From positions 1 through 56,887 of the forward strand of contig JBPCTQ010000118.1 in assembly GCA_051011595.1 (NCBI GenBank): DNA of 56,887 nucleotides. Reading direction: 5' to 3'. Origin of the DNA: Acidimicrobiales bacterium. Lineage in GTDB: Bacteria > Actinomycetota > Acidimicrobiia > Acidimicrobiales > SHLQ01. Under the pieces are notes generated by a model. It searched no databases. It was given only the letters and a program-made list of their open reading frames with translations, and was not told the origin of the DNA. Below, in pieces: positions 35,501-43,035 of the stretch. The translations under genes and the position numbers were made by a program. The stretch's first letter is position 1. The number at the start of each line of letters is the position of its first letter.

Positions 35501-35982
35501 ACACCGTGCCGTAGGGCCAGACCGTTACGGTCCCGGATCGAGTGGGCCACGCTGACCGGATCGCGCCGGAGCAACACCGCGGCTTGGGGTGCCGATGCCA
35601 CCTCGCGCCAGAACGGCAGGGTCAGACACAGCCGGGGGTCCTTCATGAGCCACCGGTCGGTGGAGTAGGCCTCCAGGAAGGTGCGCCGGGCCCGCGGCTC
35701 GAGTCCATAGGTGGGATCGACCAGCTCGGTGATCGACGTGATGGCCGCTCGGGTGGGGGCGTACCAGGCCCCGCCGGCGCGGGTGAGCAGCTCCTCGGTG
35801 AGGTCCATGAGGGCCTGGACCTCGAAGTGCCCACGCGGGTTCGATTCGTCGCCACCCACCAGGTCGGCCTCGTCGGGCAGCTCGAAGGGCATGGTGGCCA
35901 GAGCTTCGGTGGCCGCGGAGGTACCGCTGCGATGCATGCCGACGACGAACAGACCCACGGCGGCGAGCCTACCGGTGTGCAT
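32506..35982 (-). CDS. Multidomain enzyme: sulfotransferase-like domain, about 150-aa coiled coil, GT2 domain, GT4 domain
   Basis: Start at MHTGRLAAVGLFVVGMHRSGTSAATEAL (ATG 35982; ATG 36021 alternative). LLRRDPVSVAHSI. Heptad-rich region EAAYEERLQEARDYIDEQSDALDEVRRSLSDEHENVARIEAESDKRINLIEQERTAIEDRHLDEIERLRAML. GT2: LTVLIPIYNAADAVQRCLEAV, LIDDASTD. GT-B C-terminal part. Confidence 0.8.
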   Translation of the reverse strand: MHTGRLAAVGLFVVGMHRSGTSAATEALATMPFELPDEADLVGGDESNPRGHFEVQALMDLTEELLTRAGGAWYAPTRAAITSITELVDPTYGLEPRARRTFLEAYSTDRWLMKDPRLCLTLPFWREVASAPQAAVLLRRDPVSVAHSIRDRNGLALRHGVAIWERYTRTALAGLADLPLFVIDYDDLLAGAEHTEALVEFAVEQLGPAAGDAETADRMARFLSVLETDLRHHRGHDEASIVLSTQQHQLLEVLGSLDGGHDGFEVPSLGRETPGLDLLFEAAVSLYELNDSIAEESFARGHASMLDQFRASEAAYEERLQEARDYIDEQSDALDEVRRSLSDEHENVARIEAESDKRINLIEQERTAIEDRHLDEIERLRAMLTDAEVDLSGLDHLQDQVTDLRIDLETAIHTRNLTAQDLAELYSRPAVKWVLRFADRLGRSPGSGTEDDEHTETPVVPPPRQADWDHVRSELRAGTMQRRLTVLIPIYNAADAVQRCLEAVDRFTPSDVDIVLIDDASTDERIDLVIDQLRSRSGVRIIRNSENLGFPATVNRGLDEVTEGDVIILNSDTQVTPRWTERLRLAAIERPGIGTVTPLSDHAGVFSFASPVPTGLHHGATIAARVARASHYLRPTGPTGNGFCLYVRAEALAEVPRLDHEGFPRGYGEENDFCMKLRSAGFEHVVADDVAVFHEESASFGDAQRHALITDGLAVLAERYPDYASLAEEFVASTAFVAARSIAGAAATDDGDEATLPRVLHVLHAGGGGTEYFARDLAEAAAGDEEPLLLMPDGQTLRLWRYEGPEWVIENEWHMSRPWDIRQFHDDEAAAIALEVLTRYDISLVHIQHLIGLTLDLPELADAIGLPVVMSLHDFYLACPSVNLLDEQLRYCRGVCTEGEGRCPTPVFLPNDLPLKHRFVHLWRHETTKLFETIPRFVTPSNDTRDRYIATFGADVGSRIDIIEHGRDFRRQRAFARAPRHDEPVTLLLVGGINQSKGATLAADIAEAGLEAGVRLEILGKVEPGYEHVAHGHGEYQRDELMARLAVIRPTFIGVFSLWPETHCYVLSEAWAAGIPVITGPLGAPAERVHEHGGGLVVDELDPEVIVHTAAKYGRDRLAYADLARTATLHNVRGRGAMAADWLALYDELRGDVSGWTR

Positions 35983-36074
35983 TTGACGAGGGGCGCACAC
36001 AGGTGATCGCGTGCCAACCACTGGATCGGCGCGGGCTTCCGCCGATGAGGATCACCGTGACTCCTGCCCTTGCG

Positions 36075-38321
36075 ATGCATCGTTTCCGCACCGTCGTTGC
36101 CGGCCTGGCAGCCTTCGCCCTGGTGTGCTTCGCCGCCGCTCCCGCGGGCGCTGCCCAAGGCGACGGCGCGTCGAGCGACGCCATGCCGGCCGAGCGGTCG
36201 TCCACCAGCGATCTGGCCCCGGGCGACCCCGCCACCATCACCTTCACCGGCGGTGGGTGGGGCCACGGCGCCGGTATGAGCCAGTACGGCGCCTACGGCC
36301 GCGCCGCGGCGGGCAAGAACTACAAGGCGATACTGCGCTTCTACTACCAGAACACCGTGGTGCGGCAGTCCGACTATGCGGGCAACGTGGCGGTCGGCCT
36401 GGGCACCAGCTCCGCGGTAACCTTCACCCCGCGGGGCCGGGCCGAACTGCGGCTGAACAACACGGTCAAGGCCGTGGCCCGCAACGGCCAGTCCGTTCGA
36501 GTGGCCCGCTCCGGTTCGGGTTGGAGCCTCAAGATCAACGGGGCCGAGCAGTGCGCGGCCGGATCGTGTGGGGGCGGCTCGTTTGCCCTCACCTACGCCG
36601 ACGGCACCATCATCGACGTGGCCGGTTTCGGCTCCTATGACCACGGCAAGATCAAACTGGTGCCCACGGCCCCCGGTTCGTCGTCGCTGTGGGTGGTGGT
36701 GGCCTCGCTCACCATGGACGAGTACCTCTACGGCCTGGCCGAGGTGCCGTCGTCGTGGCCGGCCGAGGCCCTGAAGACCCAGGCCGTGGCCGGACGCTCA
36801 TTCGCCCAGCACAACATCGAGGCTCGCCGGGCCTCGTCGAGTTGGACCAAACCCTTCGACCTGTCAGCCACCACCGGCGACCAGGTGTACGCCGGCCGAG
36901 CCAAGTCCGCGGGGTCGTACAGCGAATTCTGGCGGGCGGCCGTCGACGACACCTCCGGGGAGATCTCCACCTTCGAGGGCGAACCCATCCAGGCCTTCTA
37001 CTCGTCGTCGCACGGCGGCTACAGCGAGAACTCCGAGTACGTCTTCTACGAGAGACTCGACTACATCCGGGCTCGGCCCGATCCCTTCGACGGCCACCAG
37101 AACGCCTTCCACGAGTGGACGCGCACCTACTCGATCGCCGAACTGTCCCGCTGGCTGGGAGCCTATTCGTCCAGCAACGTGGGCACCCTCCGGTCGATCG
37201 AGATCACCGGCAACATCGGTGTCTCGGGCCGGGTCAACCGGGCCACGGCCGTCCTCATCGGTAGCGCCGGCACCAAACGCATCACCGGCAACGAGCTGCG
37301 CTGGCGTATCAACGCCGGCGCCGGAAGCAGCCTCGACCGCCAGCTACTCAGCACCAAGTTCGAGGTCGGCTCGACCAAAGCACCCGACGAGGCCCCGATC
37401 GGCAAGTTCAAGGTCACCGACGTGGTCGACTCCGGGCCCAATGCCCACATCTCACTACGAGGCTGGGCGCTCGATCCCGACACGTCGGCATCGATTCGGG
37501 TGTATCTGACCGACAACGGACGGTGGTCGGGAGGCCAGGTGGCCAACGACCTGCGTCCCGGCATCGACAACCAGTACGGCCTGGGCCCCAAACACGGCTT
37601 CGAGTTCGATCACGATCTGTCACCCGGTGTGCACCGGGTGTGTGTGGTCGCCCGCAATCACCCCGACAACACACCTGTCGAACTGGGCTGTCGCACCGTT
37701 CGCGTGGGCAACTCTCCGAGCGGCACCATCGCCGACGTGAGCTCCCGCGTCGAACCCGGCCTCCCCTACCGACCGGCGGTCGTGTCGGTCACCGGAACGG
37801 CCGACGACCCCGACACGCCCGGTGCCATCGACGTGGTGGTCGCCCTCGGCAACGAGACCACCACCGCAACCACGTCCAACGGCACCTTCGCCACCACCTT
37901 CTCCGCTCCCCCGGGCCCGGCCCAGGCCTGTGCCACCGTGGTCGACGATTCCGGTTTGCGCCCCGACGCCGACCTCGGATGTGTCAACCACCAGGTCGTT
38001 GACCGCTCCCCGGTGGGCAAGTTCAACGTCACGTTCCCCGGGCCCGGCCAGATCCGGCTGCACGGCTGGGCGCTCGACCCCGACAGCACCGCTTCGATCG
38101 ACGTCGTCCTCACGATCGACGGACAGACCGCCGCCGAACGCACCGCCGACGATGCCCGGCCCAGTATCGCCACCAAATACGGCCGGGGTCCCGCTCACGG
38201 CTACGACCTCGATGCCACGGTGGCACCGGGCCGCTACCGATTCTGCGTGCTGGCCATCGACGCCACCGACACGTCGGCGACGCCGGTGGAGATCGGCTGT
38301 CGCAACAAGACCGTCGCCTGA
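36075..38321 (+). CDS. Secreted SpoIID/LytB-domain peptidoglycan-remodelling protein with three C-terminal repeat modules
   Basis: Signal peptide MHRFRTVVAGLAAFALVCFAAAPAGAAQ (starts at 36003 or 36045 are possible). GGGWGHGAGMSQYGAYGRA and FYSSSHGGYSENSEYVF are SpoIID hallmarks. The C-terminal repeats match those of CDS 17491-19656. Confidence 0.8.
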   Translation: MHRFRTVVAGLAAFALVCFAAAPAGAAQGDGASSDAMPAERSSTSDLAPGDPATITFTGGGWGHGAGMSQYGAYGRAAAGKNYKAILRFYYQNTVVRQSDYAGNVAVGLGTSSAVTFTPRGRAELRLNNTVKAVARNGQSVRVARSGSGWSLKINGAEQCAAGSCGGGSFALTYADGTIIDVAGFGSYDHGKIKLVPTAPGSSSLWVVVASLTMDEYLYGLAEVPSSWPAEALKTQAVAGRSFAQHNIEARRASSSWTKPFDLSATTGDQVYAGRAKSAGSYSEFWRAAVDDTSGEISTFEGEPIQAFYSSSHGGYSENSEYVFYERLDYIRARPDPFDGHQNAFHEWTRTYSIAELSRWLGAYSSSNVGTLRSIEITGNIGVSGRVNRATAVLIGSAGTKRITGNELRWRINAGAGSSLDRQLLSTKFEVGSTKAPDEAPIGKFKVTDVVDSGPNAHISLRGWALDPDTSASIRVYLTDNGRWSGGQVANDLRPGIDNQYGLGPKHGFEFDHDLSPGVHRVCVVARNHPDNTPVELGCRTVRVGNSPSGTIADVSSRVEPGLPYRPAVVSVTGTADDPDTPGAIDVVVALGNETTTATTSNGTFATTFSAPPGPAQACATVVDDSGLRPDADLGCVNHQVVDRSPVGKFNVTFPGPGQIRLHGWALDPDSTASIDVVLTIDGQTAAERTADDARPSIATKYGRGPAHGYDLDATVAPGRYRFCVLAIDATDTSATPVEIGCRNKTVA
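37392..38318 (+). repeat. Three tandem copies of the same module family at the C-terminus of the SpoIID-like protein
   Basis: APIGKFKV...LRGWALDPDTSASIRVYL...LRPGIDNQYGLGPKHGFEF...HRVCVVA...LGCRTVRV and SPVGKFNV...LHGWALDPDSTASIDVVL...ARPSIATKYGRGPAHGYDL...YRFCVLA...IGCRNKTV. The middle copy is degenerate. Confidence 0.75.
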
Positions 38322-38329
38322 CGGTTCGT

Positions 38330-39181
38330 CTACAGCTCGCCGGTAGCCAACAGCTCCACGGGGTCTTGCACGTCGAGGGTGCCCAGGTAGCCGCCGCCGG
38401 TGGCGATGGCATCGTGAGCGGCGTAGCCGATGAGCTCCTGGGCCCGACGGGGCAGGTGATGGACCATGTCGGGTGGGGTGGCCAGGATGTTGTTCTCCTC
38501 GGTGCGCAACCAGCCCACCACGAAACTGAGGTGGAACCCCCGCCGCCACTCGTCGTCGGTGTTGTTGGTGCCGCCGGCGTGGTAGGTCGACCCGAGGTAC
38601 ACCACTGCCGCCCCGGCCGGCATCTCGGCCACCTCCAGCTCGCTGTCGTCGGGATAGCGCCCGTCCTCCCAGCGGTTGCTGCCGGGAACCAGCCGAGTGG
38701 CGCCGTTGTCGGCGGTGAAGTCCTTCAGGGCCACGATCGATGCCACCTCCACCTCCGGATGGGGCTTCGGCAGGAACGACCACACGTCTTCGTCGCGGTG
38801 GATGAACTGCTGTTCGGCTCCCGGCCCCCGCTCCAGCAGATGACCGATGTTGAGCCGCCAATTGGCGCAGTTGGGCCCGAGGATCTGGGCGTTCACCGCC
38901 TCGTACAGCGGATGGCACAACACCTCGGTGGCGAACAGGGGCGAACGCCCGGCAATACCCGTGAGATGTCGCACCCGGTCGCCGAAGAAGTCGGCGATGG
39001 CGGGGTTGATGAACCGTCGCTCGTGGGGCGCCTCGGCCATCACCGGATCGAGCTCGTGGTTCAGGGCCGACACCACCTCGCCATCGAGGAAGTCGTCGAT
39101 GATGACCCCACCGTCGTCTCGCAACGCCGCCACGATCTGGTCGATGTCGTCGGTCTTGAGGAGATGGCGCAGCGCAGGCAT
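38330..39181 (-). CDS. PhyH-family Fe(II)/2-oxoglutarate-dependent dioxygenase
   Basis: Start trimmed to MPALRHLL (ATG 39181). HxD in QQFIHRDEDVW, distal His in GSTYHAGGTN, and RGFHLSF. Confidence 0.7.
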   Translation of the reverse strand: MPALRHLLKTDDIDQIVAALRDDGGVIIDDFLDGEVVSALNHELDPVMAEAPHERRFINPAIADFFGDRVRHLTGIAGRSPLFATEVLCHPLYEAVNAQILGPNCANWRLNIGHLLERGPGAEQQFIHRDEDVWSFLPKPHPEVEVASIVALKDFTADNGATRLVPGSNRWEDGRYPDDSELEVAEMPAGAAVVYLGSTYHAGGTNNTDDEWRRGFHLSFVVGWLRTEENNILATPPDMVHHLPRRAQELIGYAAHDAIATGGGYLGTLDVQDPVELLATGEL

Positions 39182-39197
39182 GCGCCGATGGTATGGC

Positions 39198-40046
39198 TCA
39201 GGCCCGGAGCTTGGCCACCAGCTCGCCGAGTGGTTCGCGGAAGTCGCGCAGCAGCGGGATGTCGCACAGGCGCAGGGCGGCATTGTCGAGCACCGAGTTG
39301 GCCGGCCGAGGAGCCGGACGGGCCGGCTGCATGTCGGCGGTGCTGATGGGTTCGACCCGGGACGGGTCGGCGCCGGCTGCTCGGGCCACTTCCTGGGCGA
39401 ACTCGTGCCAGCTCACGGCACCCTGGTTGGTGACGTGGAACCGTCCGGGCCGCTTCTCGGTGGCCAGGCGGTAGATCATGGTGGCCAGGTCGGCGCAGAA
39501 GCTGGGATGGCCCCGCTGGTCATCGACGAATCGCAGGGTGTCGTGTTCGTCGAGCAGGCCGAGGATGGTCTTCACCATGTTCTGCCCGTACTCGCCGCAC
39601 ACCCACGATGTGCGCATGATGGTGGCGTCGGGCCCCAGCTCCATCTCGCCACCGAGTTTGGTGGCGCCGTACACCGACTGGGGATTGGGTGTGTCCCATT
39701 CGAGGTACGGGCTGGTCTTGGTGCCGTCGAACACGTAATCGGTGCTCACATACGCCAGGTGGGCGTCGACCAGACGGGCCGCCTCGGCGAAGTGGCGGAC
39801 CGACAGCGTGTTCACCCGATAGGCGGTGTCGACCTCGGTCTCGCAGAGATCGACAGCGGTGAACGCGGCACCGTGCACGATGACGTCGGGGTTGGTGGTG
39901 GTGACCGCGCCGAGCACCTGGTCGCGCTGACCGATGTCGAAGTCGTCGATGTCGACGGCGATCACGTCGTGGTGGCCCGGCGCTTCGAACACCTGCACCA
40001 CGTCCTGGCCGAGTTGGCCCTTGGCCCCGGTGATCATGACCTTCAT
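39198..40046 (-). CDS. rmlD: dTDP-4-dehydrorhamnose reductase
   Basis: Start trimmed to MKVMITGAKGQLG (ATG 40046). YGATKLGGE catalytic YxxxK. DDQRGHPSF. Confidence 0.85.
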   Translation of the reverse strand: MKVMITGAKGQLGQDVVQVFEAPGHHDVIAVDIDDFDIGQRDQVLGAVTTTNPDVIVHGAAFTAVDLCETEVDTAYRVNTLSVRHFAEAARLVDAHLAYVSTDYVFDGTKTSPYLEWDTPNPQSVYGATKLGGEMELGPDATIMRTSWVCGEYGQNMVKTILGLLDEHDTLRFVDDQRGHPSFCADLATMIYRLATEKRPGRFHVTNQGAVSWHEFAQEVARAAGADPSRVEPISTADMQPARPAPRPANSVLDNAALRLCDIPLLRDFREPLGELVAKLRA

Positions 40047-40059
40047 GGCAGTCCTCGTC

Positions 40060-41016
40060 TCAGCCGTTCTTGAGTGGTTCCCACCACCAGCGGTTGTCGC
40101 GGTACCACTCGACGGTGAGGCCGAGTGCGTCGGCGAACTCGTATTTCGGAGCCCAGCCCAACGCTTCGATCTTGGTGGTGTCGATGGAGTACCGGCGATC
40201 GTGACCCAACCGATCCTCGACCCACTCGATGGCCGAGTCGTCGCGGCCGGTGAGCTCGATGAGGCGGGCCGTGATCTCGGTGTTGGGGATCTCGTTGTCG
40301 GCCCCGATGTTGTAGATCTGGCCGACCGAACCTTCCCGCAACACGGTGTCGACTCCGGCACAGTTGTCGACCACGTAGCACCAGTCCCGCACGTTCATGC
40401 CGTCGCCGTACAGCGGCACGGTGTGACCGTCGAAGAGGTTGGTGGTGAACAACGGGATCAGCTTCTCCGGGTACTGCCACGGACCGAAGTTGTTGGACGA
40501 GCGGGTGATGACGATCGGCAGGTCGTAGGTGGTGTGGTACGACATGGCGATGAGGTCGGATCCCGCTTTGCTGGCCGAGTACGGCGAGCGGGGTTCGAGG
40601 GGGTCGGTCTCGGAGAACGACCCCTCGTCGATCGACCCGTACACCTCGTCGGTGGAGATGTGCAGGATCTTGTCGACTTCGAGCTGGCGGGCGATGTCAC
40701 ACACCACGTTGGTGCCATCGCAGTTGGTGTGGACGAACACGTCGGGACCGTCGATCGAACGGTCGACATGGCTCTCGGCGGCGAAGTGCACCACCCGATC
40801 GTGGCCCGCCATCGCCTCGGCCACGGCCGCTCGATCGGTGATGTCACCCTGCACGAACGAGAAACGCGAATCGTCTTCGAGGTCGGCCACTGTCTGGCGA
40901 TTGCCGGCGTAGGTCAGCGCGTCGAAGACGGTGACCTCGTCGTCGGAGTTGTCGAGTACGTAGCGGACGTAGTTGGAGCCGATGAACCCGGCTCCACCGG
41001 TGACGAACAACTTCAT
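40060..41016 (-). CDS. rmlB: dTDP-glucose 4,6-dehydratase
   Basis: MKLFVTGGAGFIGSNYV, HFAAESHVDRS, YSASKAGSD. Confidence 0.9.
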   Translation of the reverse strand: MKLFVTGGAGFIGSNYVRYVLDNSDDEVTVFDALTYAGNRQTVADLEDDSRFSFVQGDITDRAAVAEAMAGHDRVVHFAAESHVDRSIDGPDVFVHTNCDGTNVVCDIARQLEVDKILHISTDEVYGSIDEGSFSETDPLEPRSPYSASKAGSDLIAMSYHTTYDLPIVITRSSNNFGPWQYPEKLIPLFTTNLFDGHTVPLYGDGMNVRDWCYVVDNCAGVDTVLREGSVGQIYNIGADNEIPNTEITARLIELTGRDDSAIEWVEDRLGHDRRYSIDTTKIEALGWAPKYEFADALGLTVEWYRDNRWWWEPLKNG

Positions 41017-41043
41017 GGAATTACCTCGAGGAATCGGGAAGGG

Positions 41044-41610
41044 TCAGGTACGGAGGGAGACGTGGGGCTGCCACATCGCTTCGATGTCGGCCCGCCGGGG
41101 ATTGGCCTGGTCGCGCGCCGACAGGATCGGATCGTCGAGACCCCAGTCGGCCCCGATCTCGGGATCGTCCCACGCCACGCCCAGCTCGTCTTCGGGGTTG
41201 TAGTACCCGTCGACCAGGTAGGTGATGGTCATGTCGGTGAGGCTGGCGAATCCGTGGGCCACACCCGGCGGGATGAACACCCCACGATGGCTGAACGACC
41301 CATCGGCCTGCTCGCCCAGGTCGAGCTCGAGGGTGTTGCCGTCGGTGTCTGACCCCCGGCGGAGGTCGTGGAGGACGACGCGGGCCCGCCCGAAGGGCAC
41401 ATACCAGTAGTCGGCCTGGTGCAGGTGGTAGTGCAGTCCAACGATGCAGCCGGCCTGGCGATTGCCCCGATTGCCCTGGATCATCTCCCGGCCGTTGGGG
41501 AACCACTCGCGCCGGTAGGTCTCCACGAAGATGCCCCGCTCGTCGCCGTGCACGCTGGGTTCGACGATGTGGACGCCCGCGATGGTGTCGGATTCAGTGA
41601 TCTCGGCCAT
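41044..41610 (-). CDS. rmlC: dTDP-4-dehydrorhamnose 3,5-epimerase
   Basis: Start trimmed to MAEITESD (ATG 41610), preceded by GAGGAG. HGDERGIFVETY, GLHYH. Confidence 0.85.
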   Translation of the reverse strand: MAEITESDTIAGVHIVEPSVHGDERGIFVETYRREWFPNGREMIQGNRGNRQAGCIVGLHYHLHQADYWYVPFGRARVVLHDLRRGSDTDGNTLELDLGEQADGSFSHRGVFIPPGVAHGFASLTDMTITYLVDGYYNPEDELGVAWDDPEIGADWGLDDPILSARDQANPRRADIEAMWQPHVSLRT

Positions 41611-41694
41611 GGTCTCCTCTGGCACTGGTGGGTCTGGCGGGTGCCGGTCGCAGCGGTTGACCACGCACGAGAGCCGACGGTACCGCGTTCGGGC

Positions 41695-42969
41695 TCAGCG
41701 GACCCTCTTCAGCTCGTGCCACGTGATGACACCCATCGACGTGACGGCCACCGCCACCGCGGCCACCAGGGCCAACTCGACCCGCAGGAACAGATCTTCT
41801 GACGCCACGCTCACCACGATGGGGAAGGTGAACACTCCGGGCAGCCACCCGAAGGCCACCTGACGCTGCTTACCCAACGACACCAGGGTGAGCGCCAGCG
41901 ACACGGCGAGCATGAGCCCACACATCGATGCCGCCAGCAGTGCCATGTCGAGACGGCCGATGGAATCGCCGAACACCGTCTCCACCACCCAGGGGCCCAA
42001 CAGGGCCGACCCGATCACCCCGGCGACGCTGATTCCCAAGACGGCCGCCAACAGGCGGTAGAGCGTGCCCAGGAACTCGTCCCACTGGCGAAGCCCGGCC
42101 ATGCGGGCCAGGTTGGGGATGAGCGACGCCTTGACCGCCTGGAACAGGAACAGCGGCACGCGGGCCATCAACAGGCCGTTGAGGAACCGACCGGCCTCTT
42201 CTTCCTGCCCGCTGTCGGCCAGCACCTTCACCGTCACCACGCCGATGTTCAACAAGAACGCTTCCGACACCGATGCGGCCAGCAGGAAACCCAGGGCCTG
42301 GGTGACTTCGCCCCAGCCGGCGTCGGGGCCGGGACGGATGAGATCGCGCTGGCCCCGTCCGGCGATGATCAACGCGGCGAGCGGGCCGGCGGCCACCACC
42401 AGACCGAACGGACCCACGAGGGTGACACCGGCAATGGCCAGCACCAGGGCCAGCACCACCCGCGACAGACCTTCGGTGGCGAAGTAGGTGCCGTACGCGT
42501 TGAATCGGTGGTACCCGGCCAACAGACCGCGCAGCAGTTCGCCGGCGCCGAACGCCGCCAGGGTGAGGATGAGGGCACCCAGCAGAGTCCATTCGCCGTC
42601 GAAGGACTCCTCGACGAGCCACGGCGACGCCGCCAACAACCCCAGGGTGAGCAGGCCGAAGATCCCGCCTCCGACGATGGCCGCCCGTCGCAGTACGGGT
42701 TCGGATCCTTCTCCCCGGCTGGCCCGGTCGGCGCTGACCCGGCTGACCTCTTGCTCGAGGGGCTGGAAGAACCCCGGTCCGAGGATGAACACGATGGCCC
42801 ACAACGCAGCCAGCGCGCTGTACGTGTCCTCTCCCAGAGCGCGACGGGAGATGACGAGGAAGCCGTACGTGGCCAGCCCGTTGACGGCCAGACCGATACC
42901 GACGGTGGCGGTGCCGTCCGGAAGCGCGTTCGAAGCTCGCGCCGAGAGGCGCGATGTGGTGCGGGACAC
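41695..42969 (-). CDS. MOP-superfamily polysaccharide flippase-like membrane protein
   Basis: 424 aa with about 12 hydrophobic spans. Composition and size fit Wzx/polysaccharide-biosynthesis-protein families. No catalytic motif, so the call rests on topology and context. Confidence 0.6.
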   Translation of the reverse strand: MSRTTSRLSARASNALPDGTATVGIGLAVNGLATYGFLVISRRALGEDTYSALAALWAIVFILGPGFFQPLEQEVSRVSADRASRGEGSEPVLRRAAIVGGGIFGLLTLGLLAASPWLVEESFDGEWTLLGALILTLAAFGAGELLRGLLAGYHRFNAYGTYFATEGLSRVVLALVLAIAGVTLVGPFGLVVAAGPLAALIIAGRGQRDLIRPGPDAGWGEVTQALGFLLAASVSEAFLLNIGVVTVKVLADSGQEEEAGRFLNGLLMARVPLFLFQAVKASLIPNLARMAGLRQWDEFLGTLYRLLAAVLGISVAGVIGSALLGPWVVETVFGDSIGRLDMALLAASMCGLMLAVSLALTLVSLGKQRQVAFGWLPGVFTFPIVVSVASEDLFLRVELALVAAVAVAVTSMGVITWHELKRVR

Positions 42970-43035
42970 GATGGGTGAAGGGTACGCGGTCGATCACTCG
43001 TTAAAGCGCACCGGGGCCCGCCGCAGCGGCTTCGT

